A program made the translations under genes and the position numbers. Positions 63,773 to 64,000 of a stretch of 64,000 bases of DNA are shown here, one piece after another. Each line of letters begins with the position of its first letter. The first letter of the stretch is position 1. The notes under the pieces are model-generated. The model did no database searches, was not told where the DNA came from, and saw nothing but the letters and a program-made list of their open reading frames with translations. The stretch comes from Candidatus Metaruminococcus caecorum (lineage in GTDB: Bacteria > Bacillota > Clostridia > Oscillospirales > Ruminococcaceae), in the NCBI GenBank assembly GCA_904420045.1, contig CAJFTY010000024.1, positions 524 through 64,523 of the forward strand, in the 5' to 3' direction.

Positions 63773-64000
63773 ATGCAGATCATGGAAGTTTTAAAGCGGG
63801 CGGTTCAAACAGGCGCGTCCGACCTGTTTCTGGTGTCCGGATGTCCGCTGTCCGCAAAAGTTAACGGGGAGATCGCCTATTTCAGCCAGGAGAAGCTGGA
63901 CAGCGGCGTCGCGCAGGGGTTAATCTCTGAAATCTATGAGATTGCCCATCGGGACCAGTTGGGGCGGTTGATGCAAACGGGTGACGACGACTTTTCGTTT
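63773..64000 (+). CDS. PilT/ComGA-type type IV filament ATPase, N-terminal 76 aa only (runs off the right edge)
   Basis: Manual translation gives MQIMEVLKRAVQTGASDLFLVSGCPLSAKVNGEIAYFSQEKLDSGVAQGLISEIYEI. This matches the PilT N-terminal domain pattern (AVEQGASDLHLTVGSPPMIRVNGEL). It is absent from the ORF track because there is no stop in the window. Confidence 0.75.
   Translation, partial: MQIMEVLKRAVQTGASDLFLVSGCPLSAKVNGEIAYFSQEKLDSGVAQGLISEIYEIAHRDQLGRLMQTGDDDFSF

Overview
This is a 64 kb chromosomal segment from a high-GC, spore-forming Clostridia-type Firmicute. Supporting evidence is spoIIR, an intact pro-sigma-K gene, sortase-style C-terminal anchors and strong GC3 bias. I call about 59 protein genes and one initiator tRNA-fMet. 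I saw no rRNA, CRISPR array, transposase or integrase. All family names come from motif recognition by eye; no database search was run.

Gene content, left to right:
- Two paralogous AraC regulators, each next to a giant secreted glycosidase: a 1804 aa GH2 beta-galactosidase and a 1599 aa (alpha/alpha)6-type hydrolase.
- Housekeeping genes: ispE, adhE, feoAB, mgsA, guaB, uvrC, ptsH, and the rpsP-KH-rimM-trmD and ylxM-ffh clusters.
- A Tet(M)/(O)-family ribosomal-protection-like GTPase.
- A tight yaaA-GNAT-bcp-DUF5131-MGMT-tautomerase stress/repair operon.
- An RND pump with TetR.
- GT2 and LicD cell-wall genes.

Most system-like region (55.4-64.0 kb, cut by the window edge): an active PAS/GGDEF/GAF cyclase, then a SARP-BTAD regulator fused to a degenerate GGDEF domain that keeps the RxxD I-site, then a transglutaminase-like lipoprotein. 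These are followed by an atypical type IV filament cluster: a GspF platform, four small N-terminal-TM proteins without canonical prepilin motifs, and a PilT/ComGA-type ATPase.

Other notable points:
- A roughly 190-residue coiled-coil hairpin inserted in the RND pump.
- Non-LPXTG sorting signals (NVVTG, SPQTG, NPVTG) on three surface proteins.
- A LamG domain nested inside the GH2 catalytic barrel.
- A GrpB-pyrophosphatase fusion in an AT-rich islet.
- A structured GC-rich 270 nt intergenic insert flanked by 9 bp direct repeats.

The many long antisense ORFs in the track are GC3 artefacts.
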